Made by a program: the position numbers and the translations under genes. Positions 58,993 to 64,000 of a DNA stretch of 64,000 nucleotides are shown here, piece by piece. Position 1 is the first letter of the stretch. Each line of letters starts with the position of its first letter. The notes under the pieces were generated by a model, which saw only the letters and a program-made list of their open reading frames with translations, did not search any database and was not told where the DNA came from. The stretch comes from Flaccisagitta enflata (lineage: Eukaryota): positions 49,476,001-49,540,000 of the forward strand of contig OZ231126.1 of NCBI GenBank assembly GCA_965153355.1. Direction: 5' to 3'.

Positions 58993-60722
58993 TAGATACG
59001 TCCTTGCATGACAGGTGGAACAATATCCATCACTATACCCAAACTGAGATAAATGGGACAGGGCCTTGTGAACCCTCACTGACTTGTTAGTTAACATGAA
59101 CACGCGCATCACTCCTAGTTTTCCATAAAACTATCTGAAAAACATTCTCTCATAATTTAACCCAAATGCAAACTGCCTACCAAAAGTAGTTGGGGCTATA
59201 ATTGTTACCTGTATAACCAAAATCAAACAAATAACCCGAGGGTAACATTGTCAAAAGGAGGATAGAATCGAGGTCCAGCATAATGCGATCGCCGGACATT
59301 CTAATCCAAGGTACTGAGTAGTATGACAAGTGGAACAATATCCCTCACTTCACCCTAATTGAAATAAATGGAAGAGGGCCTTGTGAACCCTAACACATGA
59401 CGTAAAAAGAGGCTCTGACTTTCAGGCGGTGGGTCTTTCGGTCACGCAAACGTTTGAGCCACAAAAGAGCGGCACCATCATTCATTCATTTATTCATTCA
59501 TTCATTTTTTTCATTCATTTATTCATCCATTCATTCATTCATTCATTCATTTATTCATTCATTCATTCATTCATTCATTCATTCATTCATTCATTCATTC
59601 ATTTATTCATTCATTCATTCATTCATTCATTCATTCATTCATTCATTCATTCATTCATTAGTTCATTCATTCATTCATCTATTCTTGCATTCATTCATAA
59701 GAAATGATCATTCACAGAGGACGCATTGTTGGTCAACTTTCTTTTCTTTTTCTTCTTTTTCTTCTTCTTCTTCTTCTTCTTCTTCTTCTTCTTCTTCTTC
59801 TTCTTCTTCTTCTTCTTCTTCTTCTTCTTCTTCTCTTCTTCTTCTTCTTCTTCTTCTTCTTCTTCTTCTTCTTCTTCTTCTTCTTCTTCTTCTTCTTCTT
59901 CTCCTTCTTCTTCTTCTTCTTCGTCGTCGTCGTCATCCCTCCCTCTCCTTCTCCACCGCAGCCCGGATGAGGTCTCGAATCTATCAATCTCAATTTGATC
60001 CTGGTTGCGGAGGCGGGCGTTCTTGCCGGTTGTTCGAGGGGCGGTCCTGCTTATTGTTAAGTTGAAACTTTTTTTTTTCTTCTTCTTCTTCTTTTCCTCC
60101 TCGCCACTAAGATTTGAGGAAAGCGAGTGTCCGGCACTTCGTAGTTTTTGTAGAAAAAAATTTTGAAACCCACCAATAACCTTGTTAGGTGTACCCGATT
60201 TACCGTGGGTAATAATATGTCACCAGGCCTTTAAGTCTTTAGGTAAAAAATCTATGTTCCGATTTTTGATTTTTTCTTCCCCCTGTTTTACCCAACATGC
60301 GAACACGCTTCATGACACCTCATAGTGGATTATACCTTAATTTTTGTGCTTTTTCTTGTGAGCCGTCATTTGCTTTTGAGTCACGTCAAGAACTTGAAGT
60401 TTCCAAAAATGTACACCATGCACACCACAGCCTGCGCCGGCCCCTCATGCGCCATTGTTCGATGATTACTTCTAAATATCCACTCCATGATTATCGAACA
60501 TTTTTTTACGGCGGGTTACGGCGCTTCTGATGAAAAATTATCTTTGATTTTTTTTTCCTCATGACTCGACGAATGATTAATCGGGGAATTATTTGAACTT
60601 TTAATTTTGACTGCTGTAAATACCGATTCCTTTGCTAGGTTTCTATTTCATTAGATTAGGATGATATTTAAATGAGCGTCGGCCATTTACTCTGCCCGCT
60701 TTATAAGAACACTATTTTGTAA

Positions 60723-60830
<108 letters not shown>

Positions 60831-62409
60831 TGAAGACTTTCCGTTTGATTTTGATAATAACAACAATATAAAGAACAAATTAGGAATATATAAAATGTAT
60901 AGGAAATATATAAAATGTGAAAAAAACGAGCGAATGTTTAAGCGGACGCACAAAGGAACGCAAACGGACGCAGGGGAAGTAACGTGGGTGGGTGCGTGAC
61001 GGACCTTCTTATTTAGGGACACACCCTCTTATGGAGTCGCTTAGCAAGCGACTAAAAAGCAAAGGATTAAAAAGCAAAAACCCATTGAACGGAAAATTGA
61101 AGATGGCTGTTTCCATAATATCCTTTTTGAGAGGTGGCCAAATAGGTCAATTTCGAAATTGAGAAAATTTGACAAAAACATTCATAATCAGATAGCTTAT
61201 GTCAATATGAGCATGGTTCAATAACTGAATTTTGTTACTGATCCTTGATTTTCATATAAATTAGACTGAAATGCAACAAATAATGATCGACAATAAGCAA
61301 AAATTGAATTGTTAAAGTCTTTTGTACAAAATACAAGGCTGGAAACAGGGACGTAGGAGACGCCACATCTACCGCATCCATGGACGTGGTAAAAATTCGG
61401 GGTTGGATCTCATTCGGTCTTGAAAGTAAATTGATACAGCAAAATAGTACAAAATTATAAGATCACCATTTTCAAGGCTTGGACGACTTTAATGTGCTAA
61501 ATTGACACTGCATAGTGAACAAGGCCGGATACACGGCTGCCCTAGTCGTGTGCGGGTGAGCAGGGGCTGTTTATGAGGTCACTTGATCATTTTGGCAGGA
61601 GCAGTGAGGCCAAAGACCGCAAAGACCCGAAAAAATTAAAGAGAGAGAGAGATCTGACGAACACACGTAAAGCACGTGGATATGTAAGTGGAAGAATCGA
61701 GGGAAATACGGACAGAAAAGGTAAAATAATGCGATACTTAATGTCCTGCTTTGAGTAATCAGCTGAAGGGAATTCGAGACTCAAGCTGCGGGGAAGGGAG
61801 GGACATACGGACGGAAGGATGTACATAATTTTTGCCCCGTGTCCTACAGGACATCGGCCCTTTGAGGCTGCTGCTGCTTCTGCTGCTGGTGCTGGACAGT
61901 AGCCAAAAAAGCAAACGGTGACCGACTGATGCACGGACAGACCGACTGATCAACAGAGGGTTATTGAGGCGAAATCTATTATGAGTCTCAACGTTTAAAA
62001 GTATTACAACCGCCAACATTCATCACCTATATAGCTATGCAAGGGTTTTTAGTAGCGTGCACGTGACTATTATTCCGCTTTGTCTGTCGGTCGGTCAGTC
62101 CGTTGGTTACACTTTCAAATGAACCAAATGAGCAAAATGAGCTATAATGCTTAAAAACACCCTCATCGATGAGCAGCTCTGCTCAATGACATGCTTTTTT
62201 GGTGCGCCATAGCACCTCAATAACTAGCTCGGTCGGTTGGTCGGTTGGTCACGCTCGAGTTGAAAATCTCGAAAAGAAGCAAAAATCACTTGAAATGATT
62301 CAGAAATATGCTAGGATGATTCCCAGATGCGCCATAGCACCTCTATAATAGGTTCTGTCCGTCTGTCCATCTGTCGGTCACGCTCGAATGAAAACTCGCT
62401 GAAAATGTT

Positions 62410-63935
62410 TGAAATCAATTGAAAACTCATTTCATTCATTTCAATCACTAAAATTCATTTCATTCACTAAAATTCATTTCATTCATTCATTCATTCATTC
62501 ATTCATTCATTCATTCATTCATTCATTCATTTTGTTCATTCATTCATTCATTCATTCATTCATTCAATGTATTCATTCCATTTATTCATTCCATTCATTC
62601 ATTCATTCATTCATTTTATTCATTCATTTCATTTCATTCATTCATTTCATTCACTGAAAATGTTTGAAATCAATTGAAAACTCATTTCGTTCATTTCATC
62701 CACTGAAATACATTTCATTCACTAAAATAATCAGCTACGTTGAGGTCATTCAATAAAATTCATTTATTTCATTCATTCATTCATTTCATTCATTCATTCA
62801 TTCATTTCATTCATTCATTTCATTCATTCATTCATTCATTTCATTCATTCATTCATTCATTCATTCATTCATTTCATTCATTTCATTCATTTCATTCATT
62901 TCATTCATTTCATTCATTTCATTCATTCCATTCATTCATTCATTCATTCATTTCAATCATTTCATTCATTTCAATTATTTCATTCATTTCATTCATTTCA
63001 TTCATTTCATTCATTTCATTCTTTTCATTCATTTCATTCATTTCATTCATTTCATTCATTTCATTCTTTTCATTCATTTCATTTATTTCATTCGTTTCTT
63101 TCATTCATTCATTCATTCATTTTGTTCATTCATTCATTCATTCATTCATTCATTCATTCAATGTATTCATTCCATTTATTCATTCCATTCATTCATTCAT
63201 TCATTCATTTTATTCATTCATTTCATTTCATTCATTCATTTCATTCACTGAAAATGTTTGAAATCAATTGAAAACTCATTTCGTTCATTTCATCCACTGA
63301 AATACATTTCATTCACTAAAATAATCAGCTACGTTGAGGTCATTCAATAAAATTCATTTATTTCATTCATTCATTCATTTCATTCATTCATTTCATTCAT
63401 TATTTCATTCATTCAATTCATTCATTCATTCATTCATTCATTTCATTCATTCATTTCATTCATTTCATTCATTTCATTCATTTCATTCATTTCATTCATT
63501 TCATTCATTTCATTCATTCCATTCATTCCATTCATTCCATTCATTCATTCATTCATTCATTTCAATCATTTCATTCATTTCAATTATTTCATTCATTTCA
63601 TTCATTTCATTCATTTCATTCTTTTCATTCATTTCATTCATTTCATTCATTTCATTCATTTCATTCATTTCATTCATTTCATTTATTTCATTCGTTTCTT
63701 TCATTCATTCATTTCATTCATTCATTTCATTCATTTATTCATTCATTCATTCATTCATTCATTCCATTAATTTCATTCATTTCAATCATTTCAATCATTT
63801 CAATCATTTCAATCATTTCATCATTTCATCATTTCATCATTCATTCATTCATTTCATTTCATCGGCAGAAAATGTTTCGTTCATTTCATTCACTAAAATT
63901 CATTTCATTCACAAAAATAATCAGCTACGTTGAGG
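62410..63935. repeat. (TTCA)n/(TTTCATTCA)n satellite with a 594-bp higher-order duplication
   Basis: Block starting at about 62655 repeats at about 63248; ORFs at 62740 and 63334 start identically. Confidence 0.9.
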
Positions 63936-64000
63936 TCTGATCAAGCTGGGGATATGTCGGAAAGGTCTGGTGATAGGTCGGATAGGTATGGGGATCGGTC

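Overview
This is AT-rich, repeat-dense animal (probably invertebrate) genomic DNA, not prokaryotic; the species cannot be identified from the sequence alone. Most ORF-track entries are translations of microsatellites or transposons. Two genes could be assembled by hand from splice sites. (1) A divergent + strand organic anion transporting polypeptide (SLCO/OATP) gene with 10 phase-compatible GT-AG coding exons (21162-34302, about 656 aa) and a possible extra 44-nt exon. (2) A two-exon - strand gene (48213-47469) for a 199-aa secreted, Cys-rich protein with a discoidin/F5-8C (galactose-binding-like) sequence pattern. A chain of exon-like blocks on the - strand (about 7.5-18.6 kb) may be a third gene or a pseudogene. 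The rest is nested non-autonomous DNA elements: Tc1/mariner-type foldbacks and MITEs (TA TSD), hAT-type elements (8-bp TSD), TTAA-flanked MITEs, a TIR element with a degraded ORF, a tRNA-derived SINE, and at least three families of Helentron-associated (HINE/DINE-1-like) elements that carry mini- and microsatellites. No CRISPR array, rRNA or intact transposase was seen, and no new multi-gene system is clearly demonstrated.
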